This document shows positions 1 through 8,767 of a stretch of 40,354 nucleotides of DNA, piece by piece; position 1 is the first letter of the stretch, and every line of letters starts with the position of its first letter. The DNA is from an uncultured bacterium (GTDB lineage: Bacteria > UBP7 > UBA6624). The position numbers and the translations under genes were made by a program. Under the pieces are notes generated by a model. The model was not told where the DNA came from. It did not search any database and saw nothing but the letters and a program-made list of their open reading frames with translations. Where the stretch lies: contig CAYNKD010000001.1 of the NCBI GenBank assembly GCA_964397735.1, positions 12,161-52,514 of the forward strand, written 5' to 3'.

Positions 1-72
1 TCTTCCTTTGGCTTCTCTTCTTCCTTTGGCTTCTCTTCTTCCTTTGGCTTCTCTTCTTCCTTTGGCTTCTCT
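1..72 (-). repeat. Perfect 18-bp tandem repeat x4 (tcttcctttggcttctct). It runs off the left edge and lies in frame inside the 3' end of rpsF, encoding (EKPKEE)n.
   Basis: Four identical consecutive 18-mers occupy 1-72. The unit length is a multiple of 3, and the minus-strand frame continuous with rpsF reads QEKPKEEEKPKEEEKPKEE... Confidence 0.95.
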
Positions 73-407
73 TGAATTATTGGAGATTTGTAGTTTAGAT
101 TTTTGAAAAATCTAAATCTCAGAATCCCCTCACTATCTTTCAAGAAGGTCTCTATTTCTTTTTTTGTTTTTTGGTCTATATCAACTAAAAAGAACGTGTA
201 GTCACCATCTTTGAATTTATTAATTGCATAAGCCATTCTCTTCATACCCCATGCATCCTTCTCAATGATTTTCCCCTTATTGGATTTAATTATTTTTTCT
301 ATTTTTTTAAGAATAGATAAATTTTCTTGACTATCTTCTGGGCTAAGTATGAGAGCTAATTCGTAAGTTCGCTTCTCAACAGCTTTCTCCGGAAACTTAT
401 AAGACAT
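1..407 (-). CDS. rpsF: 30S ribosomal protein bS6. The 3' end is outside the window, so it is partial.
   Basis: It is absent from the ORF track because it has no stop in the window. The minus-strand ATG at 407-405 is preceded by AGGAGG (revcomp of 411-420). The translation MSYKFPEKAVEKRTYELALILSPEDSQ...GKIIEKDAWGMKRMAYAINKFKDGDYTFFLVD fits the bS6 core pattern. Confidence 0.85.
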   Translation of the reverse strand, partial: MSYKFPEKAVEKRTYELALILSPEDSQENLSILKKIEKIIKSNKGKIIEKDAWGMKRMAYAINKFKDGDYTFFLVDIDQKTKKEIETFLKDSEGILRFRFFKNLNYKSPIIQEKPKEEEKPKEEEKPKEEEKPKE

Positions 408-471
408 TTTTTCTCCTCCTTATGGTCTAATGATCTGTAATTTACAGACAAAAAGGTTCAGTCATTATATA

Positions 472-1206
472 TTATTTTGTGATTTTATTGATTATTATCG
501 CTGCAGCCGCTGAAACACTTAAACTTTCAACATTTTTAATTGGTATGGTTGTTTTCTCTCCTCTACCTTCCCATGTTTCTGGAATCCCTTTCGATTCATT
601 TCCAAAAATAAGACAAATTTTTTTATTTCTAACCTCTATGTCTTCGATTTTTTTCCCATTATGAGCAGTCGCCAGAATAAACTTATGTTCAGACAAGCTT
701 GTAAATATCTGATTATCCATTTTTGAATAATTTATCCCAAATGAAGATCCTGCAGACGTTCTTAAAACTATTAAATTGTATGGATCTGGAGAATCTTTAG
801 AGAAAAGAAAGTTGTTAATACCATGCGCTAAGCTTGTGCGTATTATCGATCCTACATTTGTTGGATCTTGAGAGAAGAAAGCAACGATGTCCTTGTTATA
901 GTCAATATTTTTTTTTATCGGATCTTTTCCTCTTGCAATAATTGGTTCTAATTTTGGGATGCTCATACATTTTTTAATCAACTTCTCTTCCGCTACAAAA
1001 ATTTTTTGAAAATTTGTATTTTGAATTTTTTTTGCATATTTTTCAGTAGTTATTATTTCAGGGCACCAATCGTGTTTAATGCTGTTTTCAAGAAGTCTTT
1101 CTCCTTCCAGTTTAACAATATTAGATTTTTTGCGCTTTTGTTCGTTTCTTAAGTATTTTAGCCTTTTGATGAAAGGGTTTTTTTCAGATTTAATTTGATT
1201 TTTCAG
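472..1206 (-). CDS. TrmH/SpoU-family RNA 2'-O-methyltransferase (RlmB/group-3-like). The start codon is unresolved.
   Basis: The C-terminal part carries SpoU motifs (CLIFGNESKGIP, ESLSVSAAAAIII). In-frame codons 982-1206 encode KNPFIKRLKYLRNEQKRKKSNIVKLEGERLLENSI, the typical N-terminal motif of this family. The first canonical start is TTG at 981. Upstream candidates are only CTG at 1206 or ATT at 1194. Confidence 0.75.
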   Translation of the reverse strand: MKNQIKSEKNPFIKRLKYLRNEQKRKKSNIVKLEGERLLENSIKHDWCPEIITTEKYAKKIQNTNFQKIFVAEEKLIKKCMSIPKLEPIIARGKDPIKKNIDYNKDIVAFFSQDPTNVGSIIRTSLAHGINNFLFSKDSPDPYNLIVLRTSAGSSFGINYSKMDNQIFTSLSEHKFILATAHNGKKIEDIEVRNKKICLIFGNESKGIPETWEGRGEKTTIPIKNVESLSVSAAAAIIINKITK

Positions 1207-1209
1207 AGT

Positions 1210-1512
1210 CTAAAGACCTAATTGTTTTTTTCTTTTTTCCAATAATGAATCCAATCTTTGCGCAGTGAGTTTTTTTACTTTATTTCTTATTGAAGGGTTT
1301 TTTCCATCAAGGTTTTCTGCAAGAGTAGGATTTTTTTTTCTTATTGCATTTAAAGCTGCAAGACTTTTGAATCTTTTTTCATATTCTTTTGTTATCAATG
1401 GGGCAATTTGAATTATTAGTTTTTCAGCATTCTCGTCACTTGATTCCAAGGATTCTTCAATCAGGTCGAGATATTGTTTTATTTTTGTATTAAATTTATC
1501 TAAATTTGACAT
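1210..1512 (-). CDS. Hypothetical Lys/Glu-rich, probably helical 100-aa protein located where dnaJ often sits.
   Basis: The intact ORF starts 7 nt after the dnaK stop. I recognise no motif and there is no HPD J-domain signature. It is in the same frame as the downstream TrmH ORF, separated by one TAG. Confidence 0.45.
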   Translation of the reverse strand: MSNLDKFNTKIKQYLDLIEESLESSDENAEKLIIQIAPLITKEYEKRFKSLAALNAIRKKNPTLAENLDGKNPSIRNKVKKLTAQRLDSLLEKRKKQLGL

Positions 1513-1518
1513 GAGAAA

Positions 1519-3300
1519 CTATTCAGATTTCTCGTCTGCCTTCTCTTTCTCTGTATCTTCAGCAGACATAACGGTTATTTCCGCATCAGAGAGGATGATT
1601 TGTAGATGCTCAATTTCGCTTTTTATCTTGTCTTCATCATGGTCAATAGCTCTCTGTAGGTTTGCTATCGCTGTTCTTAATGAATCTTTTGTCACTTTTT
1701 CAATGAATTTTTTTCTGTCTCTTATAAAGGCTTCTGCCTCATATATCAATGCATTTGCTTCTGAGGTTTCTCCTATTTCACTTTCTTTTTGAGATGTTCG
1801 TACCCCTATCTCAAGTTGGGCTTCCCTAACTTCTTCTGGAGATAATCTTTTCTGGCTTGTTTTAAATGAAACAGATTTTTCTTTCTTAGAAGCTCTGTCT
1901 TTTGCTGTAACTTTAACAATGCCATTTATGTCATAGTCAAAAAGGACATCAACTAAAGCTTTTCCAGCATCTTGTGACTCTATTCCAGAAAAAACAAAAT
2001 CACCTAATTTTGGGTTCGCTGCCGCAGCTTCTTGTTCTCCTTGATAAACTGTTATCTGTGCTTCTGTCTGCATATCTTGTGTCGTGACGTAAGGTTTCTT
2101 TTTTGAACAAGGAATTGCTGTATTTCTGGGGATAATTACTGAAAACTTACCCTCTTTTACCTCTATTCCAAGTGAGTGAGGGGCAACATCAACAATAACC
2201 ATCTCTTCCAATTTCCCTCTTTTCACTCCTGCCTGAATTGCAGCACCGAGTGCAACTGACTGCTCAGGGTCGACCTTATGGTCAAGAGTTTTCCCAACAA
2301 GGTCTTCAACGAATTGTTTTACTTTCGGCATTCTGGTTGTTCCACCTACCAAAAGAATCGAGTCAAGATCTTTGAAGTCTAATTTAGCATCTTTCATAGA
2401 TTGCTCTAAGGGTTTTTGCGTCCTTCCAACCAGGGGTTCAATGATTTCTTCTAACTGAGTTCTTGACAAGGTTGTTTTCAAATGTTTGGGTTCTTCTGAT
2501 TCGGTGTATATGAAAGGAAGGTTTATTGTTGTTTCAAGATGTTCTGAAAGATCTTTTTTTGCTGTTTCTGCAGCATCTTTTAATCTTTGCTGAACAACTC
2601 TTTTTTGTATTTCATCTATTTCCTTTCCCTCTAAATCAACCTTTTCAGCCTTCTTAAAGTTCTTTTTTAGCCATTCTGCAATTGCCCAGTCCATGTCATC
2701 TCCACCTAATTGAACATCGCCATTTGTAGCTAGAACCCTAAATGCTCCTTCTCTTGCTCTGATGATGGATACATCAAAAGTTCCTCCACCAAAGTCATAA
2801 ACCATTATTGTGTCTTTTGATTCGCTATTAAGGCCATATGCTAAGGCTGCAGCTGTAGGCTCATTTAGTATTCTTTCAACAACGAATCCAGCTATTTCTC
2901 CAGCATCCTTTACAGCCTGTCTTTGAGCATCATTGAAATAAGCAGGAACGGTTATTACAGCTTCTTCAACAATTTCTCCGAGAAACTCTTCAGCGTCTAG
3001 TTTCAATCTTTTGATTATTGCTCCAGCAATTTCTTGAGGAGTAAACTGTTCTTTTCCTAGGGTTATTACTTTATCCTCTCCCAAGATTCTTTTTATAGAG
3101 GCAACAGTCCTGTCGGGAAATGCAATTGATTGGTTTTTAGCAGCCTCTCCAACTAGGAGATCTCCTGTTTCTGACATTCCGACAACACTCGGGGTCAAAA
3201 GAGAATCTCTTGAGTTCGGAATTAATTTTGGCGCATCTTTATCTAAATAGCCAATCAGACTGTTCGTTGTACCAAAATCAATGCCTAATATGTTTCTCAT
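1519..3300 (-). CDS. dnaK: Hsp70 chaperone DnaK (short 593-aa form).
   Basis: Motifs seen are GIDFGTTNS, DFGGGTFDVS, NEPTAAALAYG and LLVGGTTRMPKV. An AGGAGG Shine-Dalgarno sequence lies upstream and grpE is immediately upstream. Confidence 0.9.
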   Translation of the reverse strand: MRNILGIDFGTTNSLIGYLDKDAPKLIPNSRDSLLTPSVVGMSETGDLLVGEAAKNQSIAFPDRTVASIKRILGEDKVITLGKEQFTPQEIAGAIIKRLKLDAEEFLGEIVEEAVITVPAYFNDAQRQAVKDAGEIAGFVVERILNEPTAAALAYGLNSESKDTIMVYDFGGGTFDVSIIRAREGAFRVLATNGDVQLGGDDMDWAIAEWLKKNFKKAEKVDLEGKEIDEIQKRVVQQRLKDAAETAKKDLSEHLETTINLPFIYTESEEPKHLKTTLSRTQLEEIIEPLVGRTQKPLEQSMKDAKLDFKDLDSILLVGGTTRMPKVKQFVEDLVGKTLDHKVDPEQSVALGAAIQAGVKRGKLEEMVIVDVAPHSLGIEVKEGKFSVIIPRNTAIPCSKKKPYVTTQDMQTEAQITVYQGEQEAAAANPKLGDFVFSGIESQDAGKALVDVLFDYDINGIVKVTAKDRASKKEKSVSFKTSQKRLSPEEVREAQLEIGVRTSQKESEIGETSEANALIYEAEAFIRDRKKFIEKVTKDSLRTAIANLQRAIDHDEDKIKSEIEHLQIILSDAEITVMSAEDTEKEKADEKSE

Positions 3301-3414
3301 AAGAAAACCTCCTAAGTTAGATGATTATAAATTTCTTATTTTGAATTAAAAGTAAGTTTGTTGTTGAAAAAATGCTTAATTTTTAAAAATGTATGCAAAT
3401 TACTGAAATAAATT

Positions 3415-4005
3415 CTAATTTTTGCCTATTGAAACTTCTGCAGCTCTCATTATTTTTCCTTCATGACTGACTCCAATTTGATAAATTTTGACTATTTTTC
3501 CTTTTGGACCGTCTTCTGTTCCAACTGCTATGTGTTTGTTTGGATCAAAAATATCACCCTTCTCAGGCCTTATTGCAGAAAACCCAAGTGTCGTTAATTG
3601 TTTTTCAAAAAGATTTGTTACATCTTCTATTCCTGATAAAACTTCTTGGTTTTTTCCTGTTTTTTTCAAATAATCTTCAGCTCTTTGCAACGCATCAAAA
3701 ACTACCAGCATTGGTTTTATGGAATTTTTTTGAACTCTACTCTTCTCAACTTTTTCAAGTTCTCCTTTCCATGAGTTTAAAAATGATTCAAAATTATTTA
3801 CTCTTTCCGACAAATGAGAAACTCCTCGAGCTCCCTCAAATGATTCAAATGTTGTCATTTCATCCTTGATTTTTTCTAAGGATTTTTTTAAATCATTAAT
3901 TTCCTCCATCAAAGGGTTAACAATAGAACCAATATTCAAATGATTTTCTTCGATATCTTGCCAGCCTTTCAAGTTTATTTCTTCATTAGGGCTCATTAAA
4001 AGCAT
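3415..4005 (-). CDS. grpE: Nucleotide exchange factor GrpE.
   Basis: The C-terminal GrpE pattern is present (FDPNKHIAVGTE...G.IVKIYQIGVSHEGKIMRAAEVSI). The ORF-track start at 4059 is a TTG inside gmk, so I chose the first ATG (4005). An alternative ATG lies at 3996. Confidence 0.8.
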   Translation of the reverse strand: MLLMSPNEEINLKGWQDIEENHLNIGSIVNPLMEEINDLKKSLEKIKDEMTTFESFEGARGVSHLSERVNNFESFLNSWKGELEKVEKSRVQKNSIKPMLVVFDALQRAEDYLKKTGKNQEVLSGIEDVTNLFEKQLTTLGFSAIRPEKGDIFDPNKHIAVGTEDGPKGKIVKIYQIGVSHEGKIMRAAEVSIGKN

Positions 4006-4052
4006 TGTAACTAACTCAAAATTTAATTTCAAGTGTAATATATTTTTAATAG

Positions 4053-4607
4053 ATGTCAAAATTGATTGTAATAACCGGACCTTCTGGGGTTGGAAAAACT
4101 ACTTTGGCTGATTATTTACTTCAAGAACTTCGTTTAAGAAGGGTGATCACATGTACCACAAGAGAAATAAGAGATGGCGAGGTTGATAGAGTTGACTATA
4201 ATTTTTTTTCTAGAGATTTTTTTAAAAAACTTATACTTCAAGAAAAATTTGCTGAACATGCAAATGTTTATGGAAATTATTACGGTGTTTTGAAAAAAGA
4301 TATTTCAAATTCTCTTAAATTTTGTAATTCTTTGATAATTCTTGATGTGCAGGGTTCAAAAAGTATAAAAAAGTTATTTAAAAATTCTATTGTTATTTTC
4401 TTATTGCCTCCGTCTAAAGAATCGATATTTGAAAGAATGGAAAAAAGAAACAAGGATTCGGAAGAAAGTTTAAACAAGAGGATTCGGTTACTGGAAAGTG
4501 AAATTTCTTGGGCCTCGAATGCAGATTATCGAGTTGTAAATGAAAATTTAAGAAGTTGCAAGGTTGATTTAAAGAAAATAGTTGAAAATTTTTTAAATGC
4601 TTCATAG
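4053..4607 (+). CDS. gmk: Guanylate kinase.
   Basis: The N-terminus has the P-loop ITGPSGVGKTTL, the size is typical, and the gene sits upstream of rpoZ in the conserved arrangement. Confidence 0.85.
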   Translation: MSKLIVITGPSGVGKTTLADYLLQELRLRRVITCTTREIRDGEVDRVDYNFFSRDFFKKLILQEKFAEHANVYGNYYGVLKKDISNSLKFCNSLIILDVQGSKSIKKLFKNSIVIFLLPPSKESIFERMEKRNKDSEESLNKRIRLLESEISWASNADYRVVNENLRSCKVDLKKIVENFLNAS

Positions 4608-4623
4608 TACAATAAAGGAACTT

Positions 4624-4950
4624 ATGAGCGAAGAAAAACCAAGATACGAAGACATAATTGGCACTGACAACATCAGAGGCATTGTTGCAATTGAAGATTT
4701 GTTAAAAATTTATCCAAATCGATATGTTGTAACTGAAATTATTGCAAAAAGGGCCAACGACCTTGAGACAAGGCTTGATTTACCCAGGGTAGATTTGGGA
4801 GATAGGAATTTACAGGAAATTGGCTATGTTCAAGTTGCAATTGCTGAATTTTTGGCTGGCCAAATCAAACCTAAGATTCCTGATGAAGCCTTTGTTCCAA
4901 AAAATGCATTTCCTGATGATTACGAGAAGATTCCTTCAAACGAAATTTAA
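4624..4950 (+). CDS. rpoZ: DNA-directed RNA polymerase subunit omega.
   Basis: The NRYVVTEIIAKRANDL motif is present and the gmk-rpoZ-coaBC synteny holds. ATG 4624 is preceded by AAAGGA. The ORF-track start at 4597 overlaps gmk and is less likely. Confidence 0.75.
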   Translation: MSEEKPRYEDIIGTDNIRGIVAIEDLLKIYPNRYVVTEIIAKRANDLETRLDLPRVDLGDRNLQEIGYVQVAIAEFLAGQIKPKIPDEAFVPKNAFPDDYEKIPSNEI

Positions 4951-4971
4951 TCTATTCTTAAGGTTTCACTT

Positions 4972-6114
4972 ATGAAAGTTTTAATTGGGGTTACTGGGAG
5001 TATATCATCATACAAAACTCCAGATTTGATTAGAAAACTGACAGCAAAAAATATTGATGTTGAGGTTGTTTTGTCAAGAGGTGGAGAAAGGTTTGTAGGA
5101 AAAACTTCTTTTGAAGGTTTGACTGGAAAGAAGGTTTATTCTGACCTTTGGGAAGATCCCATGTCGCACATTCATCTGGAAAGGTCTTGTGACCTGATAG
5201 TGGTATGCCCAACAACTGCACATTTCATTTCAAAATTAAGTTCTGGATTGGCTGATGATTTGCTTTCAAATATCATTTTGGCAAAAAAATCACAAGTTCT
5301 TCTTGTCCCTTCCATGAATACAAACATGTGGAATAATTCTGCTATAAGAAAAAATATTTCAAATTTAAAAAAACAAGGTTTTATATTTTTGGATCCTGAC
5401 GAGGGATCTTTAGCTTGTGGGGAGCAGGGCTTGGGTAGACTCCCTGATCTAGAAATGATATTATATGAAATACTTTTTCATCTAACGGATAAAATTCTTG
5501 AAAAAAAATCAGTTTTAGTTACGGCTGGTCCAACTCAGGAATTTATTGATGATGTTAGATTCTTTTCAAATCCCTCAACAGGGAATATGGGTTTTTCTTT
5601 TGCTTTAAACTCTTGGCTCAAGGGGGCTGATGTTACATTGGTCGCAGGCCCTGGAACCCCAAAATCCCCAAAAGGTATAAAAAGAATTGACGTTAAGTCT
5701 TCTCAAGAAATGAAAGACGCTATTCAGGGTAAATATGATTATGGATTTTTTACAGCTGCTGTTACTGATTTTTCTTTTAAACACAAAAAAGAAGGGAAGC
5801 CTTCTAAAGATGATTGGTTCAAAGAGGATATTTATTTGCAAAAAAGCCCTGACGTATTGGCAAGAAAATATAAGAGTTGTAAAAAAGTAATCGGATTTTC
5901 TGTTTATAGTGGAGGGTCTTCTTTGGATGCTGCAAAAAAAGTTTTTAAAAAAGGTGCCGATTATGTGATTACAAACAATTCTTCAAACTGTTTTGGGGAG
6001 AAGAATACAGATGTTGAATTTTTTGATGCTAGTTTAAGTTCAATAGAATTCAAGGGTATAGATAAAATTATTTTAGCTGAAAAAATATTAAATATTATTG
6101 GAGATAAAAAATGA
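4972..6114 (+). CDS. coaBC: Bifunctional phosphopantothenoylcysteine decarboxylase / phosphopantothenate-cysteine ligase.
   Basis: The N-terminal flavoprotein pattern is VLIGVTGSISSYKTPDLIRKL...PTTAHFISKLSSGLADD. A C-terminal CoaB-like half is present, the length is 380 aa, and the synteny fits. Confidence 0.85.
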   Translation: MKVLIGVTGSISSYKTPDLIRKLTAKNIDVEVVLSRGGERFVGKTSFEGLTGKKVYSDLWEDPMSHIHLERSCDLIVVCPTTAHFISKLSSGLADDLLSNIILAKKSQVLLVPSMNTNMWNNSAIRKNISNLKKQGFIFLDPDEGSLACGEQGLGRLPDLEMILYEILFHLTDKILEKKSVLVTAGPTQEFIDDVRFFSNPSTGNMGFSFALNSWLKGADVTLVAGPGTPKSPKGIKRIDVKSSQEMKDAIQGKYDYGFFTAAVTDFSFKHKKEGKPSKDDWFKEDIYLQKSPDVLARKYKSCKKVIGFSVYSGGSSLDAAKKVFKKGADYVITNNSSNCFGEKNTDVEFFDASLSSIEFKGIDKIILAEKILNIIGDKK

Positions 6115-7139
6115 TTAAAAAAAGATTTTTTTTATTTTTTGCTTGTTTCTTCTGTTTCAAAGTTTGGGCAGAGGATAATAGCAAAATTGTTGGACATTTG
6201 GGAGAGGAAAACAACACGAAGCCTATATATTTCGATCATATAAATTTAGGCTTATATCTTAATTCTTCTAGGTATTTACAAATGGGAACAGACCCATGGG
6301 TTCTTAGCCTTATGGACATTATTACTTACAGATTGATGGAAATAGAAGCGGACTCAAGAGGGTTGGAATATCCTGAGTCAGACCTCGAGGATTTTTTATT
6401 TGGAAATCCTACAAATGCAAAGTTGTATAGCTATTATGCTGAAGTATTTGATCCAAAGCTTGTTAAAGAGTATTTCAGGATTCGAAACCTGTCTGAAACA
6501 ACCCAAAAAGTTATAGCTTATGAGTTGCTGGAAACCTACAATAAAATTCCTTCCGAAGAGGAGTTGTTGAATTTTTATATAGAAAATCAAAAAACAGCAT
6601 TTACAAAACCTTCAATGTATCGTCTAGCAATGATTGAATTAGATGATTCTTCCGAGGCTGAACTAGTCGAAAAGAAATTACTTGAAGGGAGTTCTTTTGA
6701 GGAAATGGCTGCTGCTCATTCAATAAATTTTCAATCAGCTTTAGAAGGGGGGTATGTTGGACAAGACCTAGCAGAAGCAGCTATAAAATCTCAAATTCCT
6801 TTTGCAGCAAGTGAAATTTTATCTACCGAAATGGGCTCTTGGGTTGGGCCAATTAGTGTTTCTCCTTCCTTGGGAAAGAATCTTTTCTATTTCTTTAAAA
6901 TTCTTAATTTTGAAGCAGAGAAAGAATCTCCTTTTGAAAATGAAAGAGACTTCATTATGGATTTTCTTGTCAACCAAAAAGCTGAACCTATATATTCTGA
7001 GTGGGTAAAAGAAAGGCTGAAAGTTCACAATCTTCGTTTTGATTACAGTCTATTTAACACAGTCAAAGAAACCTTGGGGCTTGCTGATGATTCTGAATCC
7101 ACTGAATCTGAAGAAAATTCTGATGGTGAAGGTAGTTAG
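6111..7139 (+). CDS. Secreted parvulin-type peptidyl-prolyl isomerase (SurA/PrsA-like) with an acidic tail.
   Basis: The N-terminus is a hydrophobic signal-like segment (FFLFFACFFCFKVWA). A PpiC-like stretch follows (SFEEMAAAHSINFQSALEGGYVG...GSWVGPI). The start overlaps coaBC in an ATGA junction. Confidence 0.55.
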   Translation: MIKKRFFLFFACFFCFKVWAEDNSKIVGHLGEENNTKPIYFDHINLGLYLNSSRYLQMGTDPWVLSLMDIITYRLMEIEADSRGLEYPESDLEDFLFGNPTNAKLYSYYAEVFDPKLVKEYFRIRNLSETTQKVIAYELLETYNKIPSEEELLNFYIENQKTAFTKPSMYRLAMIELDDSSEAELVEKKLLEGSSFEEMAAAHSINFQSALEGGYVGQDLAEAAIKSQIPFAASEILSTEMGSWVGPISVSPSLGKNLFYFFKILNFEAEKESPFENERDFIMDFLVNQKAEPIYSEWVKERLKVHNLRFDYSLFNTVKETLGLADDSESTESEENSDGEGS

Positions 7140-7237
7140 TTGTAACAAAATATTACAAAGTATTTGTTGCAGCAGATCTTTTTAGCTTAAGGTCTTGGGT
7201 ATATTCTTTTGACGGGATTATCAATCCTGGAACTTGG

Positions 7238-8767
7238 GTGTTGTTGGAGAATTGGAATAACCAAAAGAGCTGGGGTGTTGTTTCTGGAGAGACAGAGTGT
7301 TTTTCTGAATCAAAATCTATTTTAGAAATTGGCCCAAAAATGGATTCAAAAAGATATAAATTCTTCCTCAAGTCGTTAAGCTTTTTTATTCCCCCTGGAG
7401 CGTTATTGAGCACTCTTATGCCTTTAAAGGTCCCAGTAGAGCGCTCTGAAGTGCAAAAAGAACCACAAACTTTAAATATTTTTCCAAATTTAAAAACTTT
7501 AGATAGGTTAGGGAAAAAAAAGACATCAAAGTCCAAGAAAAGCATTTTAAACATTGCAAGCGGAAATGATTCAGAGGTTTACGGTCTTGTAGATTCAATA
7601 GGTTTTCCTTTCAATAATCTAAAAAAAATTAACATATTTGAAGAAGGCCATCCTGATTACAGAAGTTTTTATAAAAAAAATCGACATTCTTGGTTTAGAG
7701 ATTCAAAAACATTCTTGAAATCCTGTAAAAATATTTTCAATTGTGAGATTTCTTATATTCAATCAAATTCTTCTCCTTCTGTTGAAAATTATCTAGAGAA
7801 AATAAAAACTAATGATTATCAGAGTTTTTTTAAATCCAATTCTGATTTTATTAGAGAGGGAGATTCTGGCGGAATTAAAGTAGTTAAAAAATGCTTAAAA
7901 GAAAACAAAAGATTAAGTGTCCTCGTTCCCTTTAAGGGAATAGGGCATCTTTTCTGTCAATCTTGTAAAAAATATACAAAATGTCCAATTTGCAAAAAGA
8001 CTTTAACGCTGTATGAACATGAATTGAAGTGTATTGAGTGTAATGATTCTTGGCCAAAAATAAATAGGTGTGACAAGTGCGGAGAGAGGGTTTACAACCT
8101 GAAAAAAGGCCTAGATCATTTTTTCAATTGGTTTTTGATGCAAGGGTTTTCTTCTGAGGACATTGAAGTTATAAGCTCAGAGAAAACACCAAGAGAGATA
8201 AAAAAATCTTTAAAGAATATGAAAGAGGGTCTTTCTAAGGTTTTACTGACCACTAATTTTGAATTTCTAAGAGATGATTATGGGCAAAATATGATTTGGA
8301 TACCTTATTTAAAGTATTTATTTGTAGGCAGTGATTTTAGATCTTACGAGAACGGTTGGTGGAGAATACATGCAATAAATAGTTTTTGTTTAAAAAAAGA
8401 TTTAGATCTATTTTTAGGATCTAAGGGATCTTTTTTCTTTCCGGTAAAATGTTTTGAAAAAGGTGAATTTTCTAAATTTTACAGAGATGAAATCGAAACA
8501 AGAAAGCAATTTGACTATCCTCCTTTTGGAGAGATGTTAATGGTTATTTCAGAAAAAAAAATCAATGGGGTCTCGTACGAAGGGGTTGATTTAGGGGATT
8601 TCGCAAGCGATTTACGTCATTTTAGAGCTTTTAATAGTCGTGGAAGAGAAGAAAATCACACTGCGTATGTTTTTCAATTCAAGGAAATGGAAAAGAATTT
8701 TAAAAAATTCATTAAAAATTTAATTTTAAAAAATGAAAATATTAGAATTTACTACGAAGGAAAATAA
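7238..8767 (+). CDS. priA: Primosomal protein N' (PriA) homolog, shortened, with degenerate helicase motifs.
   Basis: The PriA Cys-rich zinc region is retained (CQSCKKYTKCPICK...CIECN...CDKCG). The C-terminal YPPFG motif and the FFIPPGALLSTLMP winged-helix pattern are present. The gene sits directly upstream of def-fmt. The ORF-track start is GTG 7238; the open frame begins at 7136 with no canonical start before 7238. Confidence 0.7.
   Translation: MLLENWNNQKSWGVVSGETECFSESKSILEIGPKMDSKRYKFFLKSLSFFIPPGALLSTLMPLKVPVERSEVQKEPQTLNIFPNLKTLDRLGKKKTSKSKKSILNIASGNDSEVYGLVDSIGFPFNNLKKINIFEEGHPDYRSFYKKNRHSWFRDSKTFLKSCKNIFNCEISYIQSNSSPSVENYLEKIKTNDYQSFFKSNSDFIREGDSGGIKVVKKCLKENKRLSVLVPFKGIGHLFCQSCKKYTKCPICKKTLTLYEHELKCIECNDSWPKINRCDKCGERVYNLKKGLDHFFNWFLMQGFSSEDIEVISSEKTPREIKKSLKNMKEGLSKVLLTTNFEFLRDDYGQNMIWIPYLKYLFVGSDFRSYENGWWRIHAINSFCLKKDLDLFLGSKGSFFFPVKCFEKGEFSKFYRDEIETRKQFDYPPFGEMLMVISEKKINGVSYEGVDLGDFASDLRHFRAFNSRGREENHTAYVFQFKEMEKNFKKFIKNLILKNENIRIYYEGK

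Noticed and set aside
1-72. The 18-bp repeats as a CRISPR array or satellite.
   Set aside because: The units are contiguous with no spacers, are in frame, and are continuous with rpsF coding sequence.
3301-4052. A CIRCE (HrcA) operator or other heat-shock regulatory element upstream of dnaK or grpE.
   Set aside because: I scanned both spacers for TTAGCACTC-N9-GAGTGCTAA-like inverted repeats and found none. Only AT-rich sequence is present.
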